A program made the position numbers and the translations under genes. Below, one piece after another: positions 1 through 8,905 of a stretch of 64,000 nt of DNA. Within the stretch, counting starts at the first letter, position 1. Each line of letters begins with the position of its first letter. The stretch lies in the IMG/VR virus record IMGVR_UViG_3300049215_000771, positions 468,730-532,729 of that record; one strand, written 5' to 3'. Under the pieces are notes generated by a model. The model saw only the letters and a list, made by a program, of their open reading frames with translations. It did not search any database and was not told the DNA's origin.

Positions 1-51
1 AAACAACAAGGCCCAGGAAGAAAAGCCCGATAATCCAAGGATGCTTCACTG

Positions 52-669
52 TCATGACCATTTCCCTTCAAGGTAGGATTGGATGACCTGCGGGTACATG
101 ATCCTTTCGGCTTCTTGCACCCTAGAGGCCAGGGAAACCAACGTATCGTCCTCACGCACTGGCACCCTGGTTTGCGCCAAGATCATTCCGTGGTCATACT
201 CGTTATCCACAACATGAACGGTACTACCAGTCCATTTTTCTTTTGCCGCCATTACAGCCTGGTAGACATGAAGGCCATACATGCCCTTGCCGCCGTATTT
301 GGGGAGCAAAGAAGGGTGGATGTTGAGTATTTTTCCTTCCCATTCAGGAGTCACGACCAGTTTGCAAGTTTTCACGACCAGACTTGGTGATTTGTGCCGG
401 TTACGTTTGGCATGGCCGAGTATCTTGCCGCTGTGTTCTTCGTCGCTGTACTTGCCGTACCAGTCGGTATCGTGGCCGAAGTCCTTCGGAATGATGACGT
501 AGGGAACCAGTCCATTCCGCTTGGCAACTTCCGACGCCCCACATTCCCGCTTATTGGTGATTACAGCGTCGATCCGGGCGTTTTTGATGATACCAGACTC
601 AATCGCCTTGGCGATGGCGTTCAAAATCGTGCCAGCGCCGGAAACGAGAACCACCAATCGTTTCTTCAT
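52..669 (-). CDS. purN: Phosphoribosylglycinamide formyltransferase
   Basis: LVVLVSGAGTIL, LNIHPSLLPKYGG, GSTVHVVDNEYDHG motifs; start moved to MKKRL. Confidence 0.92.
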   Translation of the reverse strand: MKKRLVVLVSGAGTILNAIAKAIESGIIKNARIDAVITNKRECGASEVAKRNGLVPYVIIPKDFGHDTDWYGKYSDEEHSGKILGHAKRNRHKSPSLVVKTCKLVVTPEWEGKILNIHPSLLPKYGGKGMYGLHVYQAVMAAKEKWTGSTVHVVDNEYDHGMILAQTRVPVREDDTLVSLASRVQEAERIMYPQVIQSYLEGKWS

Positions 670-953
670 GTCACCTTTGCGAACATCGGCTTGTCTTCCA
701 GCCATTCCCGTTGAAACTTGTTCAGGGCGTAGATCATTTCCTTCTTGTCGGCAATGTCCTCCCCTGTCTCCAGGTACTTCGTCAGCACCCGGCGAACCTG
801 TGATCGCTTCCCGTACAGGCCGTTGTCCTTCGTTCTGTACCAATGTGCTGTCTCATTAAGAAATAAGTCAACCAGGTCTTTGGCACTGAACACAAACCTG
901 CCCTGATACTCAGGGGTCAGTCGGTACGTCGGCTTTTTCTTCTTTGCGCTCAT
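666..953 (-). CDS. Hypothetical protein
   Basis: ORF whose stop overlaps the purN start. Confidence 0.6.
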   Translation of the reverse strand: MSAKKKKPTYRLTPEYQGRFVFSAKDLVDLFLNETAHWYRTKDNGLYGKRSQVRRVLTKYLETGEDIADKKEMIYALNKFQREWLEDKPMFAKVT

Positions 954-1236
954 CTTCAAACACCTTCTTGAAGGCGGCGAACAACTTCTCCGACACCTTG
1001 TCGGTATGATGCGTTGCACGAAGGAAGTTGTACAACATCGCCCGCATGTCGCCAATGTCCATGATGAGATTCACATCAACCCTGTCTTCCTCGTCGTTGC
1101 CGACGCTCAGACAAGTCACGACAGTCTCATCGCCTTCCGGCCCGCCGATGCGTCCCAGGTACGTTTCCTTGTACTTGGCGTAGGTCAGCTTCAGGTTGAT
1201 TAGGGCGTTCACCGGGCGTCCGTCATCACTTGCCAT
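910..1236 (-). CDS. Hypothetical protein
   Basis: ORF in co-oriented run. Confidence 0.55.
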   Translation of the reverse strand: MASDDGRPVNALINLKLTYAKYKETYLGRIGGPEGDETVVTCLSVGNDEEDRVDVNLIMDIGDMRAMLYNFLRATHHTDKVSEKLFAAFKKVFEDERKEEKADVPTDP

Positions 1237-2371
1237 ATTTATGTCTGCTCCCGTAAACATGGGGCACAAACCGAGAAAGATTGCCGGTGATGATGGAGTC
1301 GTCTTCTCGGATGCCGACGCCACAAGCCCATCCGTTGATGATCCAGCTTCCAATGCAGGGGTGCTTGCCATCGAAGTTGGGCAATTCCCAAATCTGCTGG
1401 TAGATGCCGGGTCCGTCGTATGGTCCCTCAGTTTTCAGGTACAACTTGCCATGCTCGAAAATCTGAATGTTCGCTCCCTCCCGGCTGAAAATCGGCTTCT
1501 TGACGTAGTTGCCGTCAGCGGGTGGGTCGAAAGTTGTACGAAGCAGGTTCGGATGGTCAGGGAACAACTCCCAAAGGACAGGAAGGATCGCCTTGTTGGA
1601 AAGGATGGCTTTCCACGGCGCTTCCAGCCAATTCGTAGTTCGCTCCAGGACCATCGGGCCAAACTGCTCCCGTTGCATCCATTCCCAGGGATATAACTTG
1701 AAGCAGTTGGTGATTTCGTTTTCGTCCAGGTCAGTGAAAACCCGGCGTTCGGGATGCCAGCCGATGTTCTCAACGTCGATGTAAGCCGTCTCCCAGCCCG
1801 CTTGCGTGGCGACATCACGGAGATAGTTGACGTTCATGTAGTCTTCGACGTGGCCGGCAAGGGCGGCGAAGTACATGATTCCAGGGCGTTGAGTCTTGAC
1901 GGCTTTCCAGGCTTCGATCAGCCGCTCGTGAATGCTGTTGAACTGGTTCCTGGTGGGGAATTTGTCGTTCAACCAAAACCACTGGCCCACGGCGGCTTCC
2001 AGCAACCCGGTTGGAGTATCTGCGTTGTACTCCAACATCTTCGGCTCGTAAGACCCATTGAACACAAGATCGAACCGACCGTAGATGGTGTGTTCGTCGT
2101 TCTCCCAGGAGTCCCGAATGTACTGGCGAAACTCACGAGGAATGAGGAACTGATCGAAACGGTCTTCGTCGATGACGTGCTGAATCGCCTCCAGGCAGAT
2201 ACGATTCAACTCGTAAGTTGCGGCTTCAAGCTGGTCCACTTCCTGTGGCGTGAACTCGTAGTAAACACTCTCGTCCCAATAAGGCACGCCGTCTACCGTG
2301 TGGTAGTACATGCCCTGGGATTCGACTGTTTTCTGCCAGTCGGGACGAACATCCGTTGTGTGCCGTTGCAT
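1226..2371 (-). CDS. Glutathionylspermidine synthase family (YgiC/YjfC-like ATP-grasp)
   Basis: YWDES, YGRFDL, KMLEYNADTPT, FKLYPWEW, SNKAIL, KPIFSREGANI. Confidence 0.93.
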   Translation of the reverse strand: MQRHTTDVRPDWQKTVESQGMYYHTVDGVPYWDESVYYEFTPQEVDQLEAATYELNRICLEAIQHVIDEDRFDQFLIPREFRQYIRDSWENDEHTIYGRFDLVFNGSYEPKMLEYNADTPTGLLEAAVGQWFWLNDKFPTRNQFNSIHERLIEAWKAVKTQRPGIMYFAALAGHVEDYMNVNYLRDVATQAGWETAYIDVENIGWHPERRVFTDLDENEITNCFKLYPWEWMQREQFGPMVLERTTNWLEAPWKAILSNKAILPVLWELFPDHPNLLRTTFDPPADGNYVKKPIFSREGANIQIFEHGKLYLKTEGPYDGPGIYQQIWELPNFDGKHPCIGSWIINGWACGVGIREDDSIITGNLSRFVPHVYGSRHKYGK

Positions 2372-2704
2372 TTAGTCCTCGCCAGCAATCGCCAACTCCG
2401 GGTAACGCTCGTTGTCACCATCGAAGTTTTCGATGAATTTCACGACGGCGGCGGGCGGCTTCACACTGAAAATTTCATCACCGAATTCGATGTCGATAGT
2501 ATCGCTATCGACAGCGATCTCGGTTGCGCTCCTGAAAAGTTTCTTCACGAACTTCGCCGTAGGACAGTCGGTAGCACTGCCACGCTCTCCCATGCACTTC
2601 TTGGCAAGAAGCGCCTCGGCGACCTTGTTGGGACCAGTGCCCAATTCCTTCAACGCAGGCAGAAGCCGTTCTTCCACCTTCTCCTGGGTCCATTTTGTTG
2701 CCAT
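2372..2704 (-). CDS. Hypothetical protein
   Basis: 110-aa ORF abutting neighbours. Confidence 0.6.
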   Translation of the reverse strand: MATKWTQEKVEERLLPALKELGTGPNKVAEALLAKKCMGERGSATDCPTAKFVKKLFRSATEIAVDSDTIDIEFGDEIFSVKPPAAVVKFIENFDGDNERYPELAIAGED

Positions 2705-2715
2705 TCCGAATCTCC

Positions 2716-3033
2716 TTATGCGCCCGCCGTGGCCGCATGGCCCATAGAGCCAAAACCGCCACGAACCGAGCTAACTGATGGTGACGAACTGAAACCCCTA
2801 GACGATCCTCCTGCTGTAACAGTCACGCCGGATGGCGTTGTTGGAACATAACCGCCGTGCCCGCCTTGAAAATACCACCATGATGGTGCAGTCTGAACAG
2901 GCGGGGCCGATTCTTCTTTTTCTTCTGAGTGGCTAGAGCATCCACTCAAGATTAGCGACGAAGAAATCAACACGAGGCCGATCTTCTTCGTCAACCTTGA
3001 CGGACGTAATAGTTTCATGGCCCACCAGGACAA
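2716..3033 (-). CDS. YgiB-like lipoprotein
   Basis: Lipobox LSGC, C-terminal RGGFG, linked to GSP synthase; start uncertain. Confidence 0.7.
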   Translation of the reverse strand: MSWWAMKLLRPSRLTKKIGLVLISSSLILSGCSSHSEEKEESAPPVQTAPSWWYFQGGHGGYVPTTPSGVTVTAGGSSRGFSSSPSVSSVRGGFGSMGHAATAGA

Positions 3034-3036
3034 AAT

Positions 3037-3176
3037 ACACTGACCGGGTATAACCGCTCAACCCTTCCGAACTCGGCAAGCCGGTGGCCGGAAGTCGTTT
3101 GTCCCTTGGTTTGAAATGCTTATAAGGCATTAACCGAACCTAGCGGGAAGGCAAAGCCTTGCATACCCGGCCAGTG
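3037..3176. ncRNA. Putative structured intergenic RNA
   Basis: Nested stems CCGGGTAT/ATACCCGG, CCGCT/AGCGG, CTTCCG/CGGAAG, AATGC/GCATT, AAGGC/GCCTT. Confidence 0.45.
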
Positions 3177-3431
3177 TTAATGGATCACGTTGGCAGCGAT
3201 GTAAGCGATGCCGCCGATGAGAGCGAGCATCGTCACCGACACCACGATGGCGACGGCGATGTTGCCCTTCTTCAGTTCATCGGTGAAATGCAGATCGGGA
3301 AGCAGTCGGTCGAACACCTTGTAACCGATCACCATTCCCACGATAAGCAGGAACAGCCCAATCAGCCCGAAGATGCCGGAACCGGCAGCCCCGACCCAAA
3401 AATTGTCAGGAATGGTCAAGTCTGCGAACAT
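3177..3431 (-). CDS. DUF350 family membrane protein
   Basis: Two TM segments around ELKKGNIAVAIV; usual partner of GSP synthase. Confidence 0.8.
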   Translation of the reverse strand: MFADLTIPDNFWVGAAGSGIFGLIGLFLLIVGMVIGYKVFDRLLPDLHFTDELKKGNIAVAIVVSVTMLALIGGIAYIAANVIH

Positions 3432-3503
3432 GGTTGAACTCCTTGAATCAGTTGAACCGCAGCACACAGGAAGATGATACTACCTTCCCCCTCGGTTGTA
3501 AAG

Positions 3504-4103
3504 TCACTTCAGAACATAACGCTTCTTGTCAGGGTCGTACTGAGCGAACAGACGTAACTCCTTGAGTCCCTTCCTGTTCCAGATACACCCGGAGGCACAA
3601 TCCCACCCGTAATACCAGATAGATTCAAGCCGGCGCTTCCACTGATACGGAGTAATTTCCAGTGCCGAGTATTGCTTGGACAATTTCGGCCAGTCGATAT
3701 GCAAGCTGAGACGGCGCATCATATCAGGCATGGCCGGCAGCATAAAATCCAGGCCAGCATTTTTAGCCCGAAGCATGTATGCCGGCAGGCTCCCATATTC
3801 ATCCTCGAACTCGTCGAACTCATCCAGATTGGAAATACGAAGCACCCTTTCTTCATCCACGACGACTTCGTAGATGTAGGGCTGGAACCAGTTACACCCA
3901 GCTTCCATCATCCAGTCGAACCAGGAGTCATTGAATCCATACCAAATACCCGTGGGCTTCATCTCAATACGCTGGCGCTTCGAGATGAACTTCTCGATGG
4001 GGTCTTTGGAAATATGCAAACGCCGGGGCTTGTCGTCGAACAGGTGATCGGCGATGAAGTCCTTGATGGCAGGGATCAGTGGAATCTTTGCGTCTTTCGG
4101 CAT
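3504..4103 (-). CDS. Hypothetical phage protein
   Basis: KPTGIWY and WYYGWDCASGCIW segments; ~200 aa. Confidence 0.7.
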   Translation of the reverse strand: MPKDAKIPLIPAIKDFIADHLFDDKPRRLHISKDPIEKFISKRQRIEMKPTGIWYGFNDSWFDWMMEAGCNWFQPYIYEVVVDEERVLRISNLDEFDEFEDEYGSLPAYMLRAKNAGLDFMLPAMPDMMRRLSLHIDWPKLSKQYSALEITPYQWKRRLESIWYYGWDCASGCIWNRKGLKELRLFAQYDPDKKRYVLK

Positions 4104-4122
4104 CGGTCCCTCCATGAAAACG

Positions 4123-4148
4123 AAAAAACCCGCACGATGGCGGGTTTT
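4123..4148 (-). terminator. Intrinsic terminator after the last tRNA
   Basis: AAAACCCGC-CATCGT-GCGGGTTTTTT on minus strand. Confidence 0.75.
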
Positions 4149-4153
4149 ACAAG

Positions 4154-4238
4154 CGGAAGGTGAGGGAATCGAACCCTCTTCCCTTTCGGGAAACGCTTTT
4201 CAAGAGCGCCGCAGCCAACCAATATCTGCCTACCTTCC
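4154..4238 (-). tRNA. tRNA-Ser(UGA)
   Basis: Cloverleaf, loop CT-TGA-AA, long variable arm, G73. Confidence 0.92.
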
Positions 4239-4293
4239 AAAACCCCTGGTTGATTATGCCATAACATAAGAGCAATAGCCAGAGGACTGCAAG

Positions 4294-4382
4294 CGGAAGG
4301 TGAGAGAATCGAACTCTCGGCCCCCGTTAGGGGGCACCACCTTTCCAGGGTGGCGTGACGAACCAACAGTCACCTACCTTCC
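4294..4382 (-). tRNA. tRNA-Ser(GGA)
   Basis: CCACC-CTGGAAA-GGTGG, long arm, G73. Confidence 0.93.
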
Positions 4383-4405
4383 ATCGACCGTGAAGGGAAC
4401 TGCTC

Positions 4406-4681
4406 TTATGGTAGTATAGATGCCGCCAATTTTTCCTTCAAGGCCAGAACCTCTGCCTCGGCGTCAGAATCCAGCAGTCCCTCCGCAAGATAGACATCGA
4501 CAAAGACGAGAAGGTTCGCTTTTTCTTCGATAGAAAGTGGCTCATTTCTTTCCAGCTTATCACGCATATTCCAGGCCACCTTGCCCTGCCATCGGTCTTC
4601 AATGGCTGGGTAGGTGGCTTTGATGTAAGCGTAGCAAGCGTCAGCGAGGTATTCGACCTCTTGCGGCGTAAACTCCATCAC
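4406..4681 (-). CDS. Hypothetical protein
   Basis: Coupled ORF. Confidence 0.6.
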   Translation of the reverse strand: MMEFTPQEVEYLADACYAYIKATYPAIEDRWQGKVAWNMRDKLERNEPLSIEEKANLLVFVDVYLAEGLLDSDAEAEVLALKEKLAASILP

Positions 4682-5322
4682 TGCGTCCCGCTTTCCACAC
4701 TCGGCTCGGCAGCATGGACCCCAGCGATCCCTGCGAAGTTGATGGGAACCTCGCTGTCCACGACCAGCGTGCCCACGGCGTCGTGCAGCACGATATTGCG
4801 AGCGCCCAGGGCGGCGATGGCGTCCTGAACGGCCTGCGGGTTGGCGTCATCGGTGAGGGTCACGATATACTGGTACTGACCAACTTCCTTCACTTCCTGG
4901 CTGTTCTCAACGCCACTGATGGCGGCGAAGTTGAGGGGAACCTCGCTGTCAACGGTCATGAGGCCCATGCCGTGAATCTCGATGTTGCGAGCGCCCTGCG
5001 CCGCCACAGCTTGTTTCACGGCCTCCAGGGTAGCCGTCGAGTCGAGGGCTTCCGCCGTCAGGGTCAGGACGTACTTCTTCATCTTCGTCTTGCCTTTCTT
5101 CTTGCGTGCTTCGTACTCGGCGATTTTGTTCGACATGAGGACCATGTGGGTCAAACCGCCAACAAACCCCAGCACTACGGATATGATCGTGATCCAGGGC
5201 ATAGTTCCTAGACGGGAATCTAGGAATATGCCCAGGATCATCGGGGCGACCATTTCCATGCCGCACTGAGCAAGGGCCATATACATGCCCATTTCTTTGC
5301 GATCACCGTCGTTCGGGATCAT
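4678..5322 (-). CDS. AtpZ/AtpI-like membrane domain in frame with a duplicated ~55-aa domain
   Basis: GMEMVAPMILGIFLDSRLGTMPW...LGFVGG; repeat GARNI...VDSEVP.NFA.I.GV occurs twice. Confidence 0.7.
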   Translation of the reverse strand: MIPNDGDRKEMGMYMALAQCGMEMVAPMILGIFLDSRLGTMPWITIISVVLGFVGGLTHMVLMSNKIAEYEARKKKGKTKMKKYVLTLTAEALDSTATLEAVKQAVAAQGARNIEIHGMGLMTVDSEVPLNFAAISGVENSQEVKEVGQYQYIVTLTDDANPQAVQDAIAALGARNIVLHDAVGTLVVDSEVPINFAGIAGVHAAEPSVESGTQ

Positions 5323-5702
5323 TGCTTGCCCGCCGCCACCCGTTGTGCAGACATCAGGATATTGTAGTTGCTCATGCGCTGCTGCGCTTCAGCATTCGCT
5401 GCCGCTCGATTCTGTGCCCGCTGGATATTGATGGCCTTGTGCGCCGCCCAGGTCTGCTGTTGAAGCATGAGTCGCTGATTGTAGTAATCGAGCGGCGTCA
5501 TCAACGTCTTGGTCGGCAACGGAGTCGTGAGTGTCGAAGGCAGCGTCGGCAATGCCTTCATCAGATCGGCACGGGTCGGCGCACATTGCGCCGTACATTT
5601 TCCGTTCTTGCAGGAGAAGGTCGGTGGTCCGCCGATCACCGGCGCTTGCCCGAAGGCAGTTGCGGAAAATACCAACACGGCGAGCAAAGACAGAATTCTC
5701 AT
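5319..5702 (-). CDS. Secreted hypothetical protein
   Basis: Signal peptide MRILSLLAVLVFSATAFG. Confidence 0.65.
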   Translation of the reverse strand: MRILSLLAVLVFSATAFGQAPVIGGPPTFSCKNGKCTAQCAPTRADLMKALPTLPSTLTTPLPTKTLMTPLDYYNQRLMLQQQTWAAHKAINIQRAQNRAAANAEAQQRMSNYNILMSAQRVAAGKQ

Positions 5703-6226
5703 AGCTTCTTCCTCCGGTAATGGGAACGCTGGCGGTTTTCAAACGCCCAGCACTTGAACACTGTTTTCAGTTCTTCAGGTGAGGAAGCCCGGCGAAGCAC
5801 GGTCCCGTCGATCATTTCTTCAGTCAAAACCGTAATCAGGATGGGAGGTTCGCCTTCTCTGTCATTCTCTCCAATGCAAAAAACAGCCCTACCAGATTGG
5901 TAGAACTCAAATTCCTCGCCCTCGGAGCGCTGCTCTTTCTTGAATGCTGCCAAGAACAACGGATCGACAACCCTGGCCCCTGCTTCCTTGGCCTCCCGAT
6001 ACCGCTGAACAATTGAACGGTCGATGTACCTGGCCCCGATGTAAATGGCCTCTCGAATGTCCCGCTGAAGATTGGCACAAGTCACACAACCTGGACACTT
6101 CCCCAGGTGTTCGTAACGCTTGGGATCAGCGATGCGCTCGATCCAGCGTTCACGAGCATGAGGCGTAATGATGATAAGGTATGGCTTGCGAACAGGCACA
6201 TCAGGGGTTGGAGGCTGCTCGTCCAT
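5699..6226 (-). CDS. Hypothetical protein
   Basis: ITPHARERW motif and two CxxC. Confidence 0.6.
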   Translation of the reverse strand: MDEQPPTPDVPVRKPYLIIITPHARERWIERIADPKRYEHLGKCPGCVTCANLQRDIREAIYIGARYIDRSIVQRYREAKEAGARVVDPLFLAAFKKEQRSEGEEFEFYQSGRAVFCIGENDREGEPPILITVLTEEMIDGTVLRRASSPEELKTVFKCWAFENRQRSHYRRKKL

Positions 6227-6235
6227 ACCCCCATC

Positions 6236-6730
6236 TTACCCTGAAAAATCCTGGTTGTAAAGTCCCTTGCGAAGATACCACCGATTTGCTTCAAGGTACT
6301 GGAGGGTTCCGTTAAACTCCTCCTGCGGCACCCGGCTGAAATACTGGTTGATCCAGTTTTGCGCCTCGACGTTACTGGCCGGCATTGTCGGCACGGGAAT
6401 GAAGTACAAGGTGATTGTGGTCGGGTTGCATAGCTCGAACAGTTCGCCTTCGGGAATCTCCTCGAACTGGTCGAGCAGCATCATGAAAGCACAACAAACT
6501 CGATGCTCCTCGTCGATGCCGATGAGAAACATCCCTTCCGGCCACTTATTGGGAGGAAGATACATCTGATGCGTTCGCATGTAGCGAACGCAATTCGCCA
6601 TCCGACTCAGGGTCGGATCATCCTCGAAGAAACCTTCGTCACGTTTGAGTGGGTTGTCGGGATCGACGAGTTTGTGAATAGGAACAAGAATCGGCTTCAA
6701 CGCTCCAAGTTCCCAATCAGGACTGTCCAT
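6236..6730 (-). CDS. Hypothetical protein
   Basis: Start MDSPDW directly after upstream stop. Confidence 0.6.
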   Translation of the reverse strand: MDSPDWELGALKPILVPIHKLVDPDNPLKRDEGFFEDDPTLSRMANCVRYMRTHQMYLPPNKWPEGMFLIGIDEEHRVCCAFMMLLDQFEEIPEGELFELCNPTTITLYFIPVPTMPASNVEAQNWINQYFSRVPQEEFNGTLQYLEANRWYLRKGLYNQDFSG

Positions 6731-6731
6731 G

Positions 6732-7028
6732 TTACCATCCAGCTTGATAGAAGTAGTGACATCCAGGACACTGCATCCGTACAGGGTCGCCGGCCTCAAC
6801 GAAATACGGTTCTTTCTTCTCAAGAACCGTGCCGCATCTCGGACAAAACGTACTTCTGGCAACTGGAAGGTCTTTGGTGCATTGCTCATTCATAAGCCGC
6901 TGACTTTCCAGCAAGACCGCCGTGGTTTGTCGGGACCACTTATCGGAGATGCCTTTCAGCAAGCCATGCTTATTCCACCGTGCCTCCAGTTGTTTTGCTT
7001 CTTCGAGGAAACGATGATTCGGGTTCAT
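6732..7028 (-). CDS. gp23-like capsid N-terminal fragment fused to a Zn ribbon
   Basis: LEARW...GLLKGI.D...RQTTAVLLESQ then CPRCG..CPGC. Confidence 0.65.
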   Translation of the reverse strand: MNPNHRFLEEAKQLEARWNKHGLLKGISDKWSRQTTAVLLESQRLMNEQCTKDLPVARSTFCPRCGTVLEKKEPYFVEAGDPVRMQCPGCHYFYQAGW

Positions 7029-7528
7029 TTCACTATCACCTTATTCCCATCAACAACGATCAACTTCTCACCTTCGACGATCTCGATGGGTTTTTCTTTT
7101 TTCTTTTTTTCTGGTGGCGGGTCATCGGGGAACATCTTCTTGTAGACTTTGATGTACACAATGTACAAAGTCAACGAAATGATGAGGAAGTCCAAGAATG
7201 CTTTTATCAGGTGGCCTATCTCAACATTCATGCCGGCGACCGGATGGATCACCATATCCCGCCAGTTCCCAGCAGAAGCCCCTCCGTTGACAAAATAATT
7301 GACGACTGGCATCAGGGCGTAGTCGCAAATTGCAGTCACGACCTTGTTGAAAGCAGCCGCCATAATAAGACCCACAGCGACTTGCATCATATCTTTGTTG
7401 AAAGCGAACTTCTTGTATTCCTCCAACTCCTTGCTTGGGTCAATGACTATCGGGCCGAGCATTTTCTGTGTTGCATTGCCCGGCTCAGGTGGTGTAGGTT
7501 GTGGAGGAAGCGGCGTCACGTTGTTCAT
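7025..7528 (-). CDS. mscL: Large-conductance mechanosensitive channel-like protein
   Basis: EYKKFAF..DMMQVAVGLIMAAAFNKVV...MP; GHLIKAFLDFLII. Confidence 0.85.
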   Translation of the reverse strand: MNNVTPLPPQPTPPEPGNATQKMLGPIVIDPSKELEEYKKFAFNKDMMQVAVGLIMAAAFNKVVTAICDYALMPVVNYFVNGGASAGNWRDMVIHPVAGMNVEIGHLIKAFLDFLIISLTLYIVYIKVYKKMFPDDPPPEKKKKEKPIEIVEGEKLIVVDGNKVIVK

Positions 7529-7530
7529 AG

Positions 7531-7613
7531 TGGCCTGGGTGGGAGTCGAACCCACATGGTCTTGCGACCGGCAGATTTTGAGTCTGCTGCGTATACCGTT
7601 TCGCCACCAGGCC
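7531..7613 (-). tRNA. tRNA-Leu(CAA), long arm
   Basis: GCAGA-CTCAAAA-TCTGC, A73. Confidence 0.95.
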
Positions 7614-7618
7614 AACCA

Positions 7619-7819
7619 TCATGTGGTATTGTAGAATGACGACATGATGAGTCCAATCTGGATTGGTTTTGCGCCACCAGCCTTGGTAACTTCCAACCAC
7701 GCCCGCTCGCACGCTGCGACTTCCACGGCATTGTCGGTCCAAGGTTCAAGCGGAACTTCCACTGTCATCTTCGTCCAGGTTCCGTCTTTCCACAGTAGGT
7801 ACACTTCCACCTTCTTCAT
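7619..7819 (-). CDS. Hypothetical protein
   Basis: Coupled small ORF. Confidence 0.55.
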   Translation of the reverse strand: MKKVEVYLLWKDGTWTKMTVEVPLEPWTDNAVEVAACERAWLEVTKAGGAKPIQIGLIMSSFYNTT

Positions 7820-8454
7820 TTTTCTTCCTCAGTGTGACCTTCACCCCGCCGTAACTTAACGACATCTCGGAGATGAAGGGGAAGTCCGCCAAAATTCCCG
7901 ACGCCTGTTTCATCACTTGCCTGACGATTTGCAGGTCGTCGGCTGGGTTCTCGCTCCCTTTCATGCAATTCTCCATCCAAATACGCCTTGAGGATCACCA
8001 GCACGTCAGCTTGTTTCATCCCCATTTCTTTGGCGACTTCTGCCAGAGCTACTTCGTGATCCCTCGGATAGAGCCTGGTTTTCAAGTAGATCAGAAACAA
8101 CACTTGCCAGGGACGTTTTTCTTTACTGTACTCCCTTTTGAGAAAGAAATCCGTGCCCTGCTTGCCAGTAATCTCCGGGAACCTGAAAACGAGCGGTTTT
8201 GGTTTTTCCTTCACCGGCTTTGCCTTCGGCATCCCTTTCTTGTAGTTTCTGATGTTCCTGTAAACTTCAGGCACAGGAACTTTCGCCATCTCAGCAACTT
8301 GTTCCGGCTTGTAGCCCAGGCGAAGATACAACAAACATTCGAGGAACTTGTTGCCTGGCTTTGCTTCGAGCAGCGTCCGAATCTCGGCAGCTTCGTGTTG
8401 CCATTCAACCTTGGGGGCGAGTTTTTTCTTTCTCCATCGCCAGCGCCATGTCAT
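7816..8454 (-). CDS. Putative HTH DNA-binding protein
   Basis: GYKPEQVAEMAKVPVPEVYR and LAEVAKEMGMKQADV; ATGA overlaps at both ends. Confidence 0.55.
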   Translation of the reverse strand: MTWRWRWRKKKLAPKVEWQHEAAEIRTLLEAKPGNKFLECLLYLRLGYKPEQVAEMAKVPVPEVYRNIRNYKKGMPKAKPVKEKPKPLVFRFPEITGKQGTDFFLKREYSKEKRPWQVLFLIYLKTRLYPRDHEVALAEVAKEMGMKQADVLVILKAYLDGELHEREREPSRRPANRQASDETGVGNFGGLPLHLRDVVKLRRGEGHTEEEK

Positions 8455-8699
8455 CGTGTAGTCCACCAGCGTTTGAGTCGTTGCCACCAGGTATGGTAAA
8501 TGCGTTGATGATGCTGATGTTCCTTCATCCTTTCGAGGGCCAAAGTCTTGAACCCACAATCGACACACTGGTACTCAATGTCAAGTTCACTACCATCCAG
8601 AACTTGACCATCCTTCAGGCCAATGGTCGGGATCAGGATATTTGCCGCAGTCCTGGGCGGTATCTCGCCCAGGTTGTCGATATGAACGCTCATGTTCAT
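8451..8699 (-). CDS. Small C2H2-like zinc-finger protein
   Basis: CVDC...HQHH. Confidence 0.5.
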   Translation of the reverse strand: MNMSVHIDNLGEIPPRTAANILIPTIGLKDGQVLDGSELDIEYQCVDCGFKTLALERMKEHQHHQRIYHTWWQRLKRWWTTR

Positions 8700-8905
8700 G
8701 GTGGTTGATCCGGGTATACCCGGTCCAGTTCGTGTTCTTCTTCAATCAGCTTGTTCAACTTTCGGAAGTAGGCGATGGCGTCCTCAACATTGCCGGTCGT
8801 GGGGACTTTGAGCGCCACCCTGCGGTCGGCAAGGTCTTGCAATCGCCTCATCTTCTCGGCCTCGGTGATCTGGTTGGGCGGCGTGCCCAGCAGGATATTT
8901 CTCAC
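8696..8905 (-). CDS. Hypothetical protein
   Basis: Coupled ORF. Confidence 0.5.
   Translation of the reverse strand: MRNILLGTPPNQITEAEKMRRLQDLADRRVALKVPTTGNVEDAIAYFRKLNKLIEEEHELDRVYPDQPP

Noticed and set aside
350-385. purN pseudogene (LAGF/Y segment missing near a 10-nt direct repeat)
   Set aside because: Frame and catalytic N, H and D residues are intact; cannot distinguish divergence from a small deletion or misassembly.
7746-7976. Alternative ORF MENCMKG
   Set aside because: Overlaps two genes that are already joined by an ATGA coupling.
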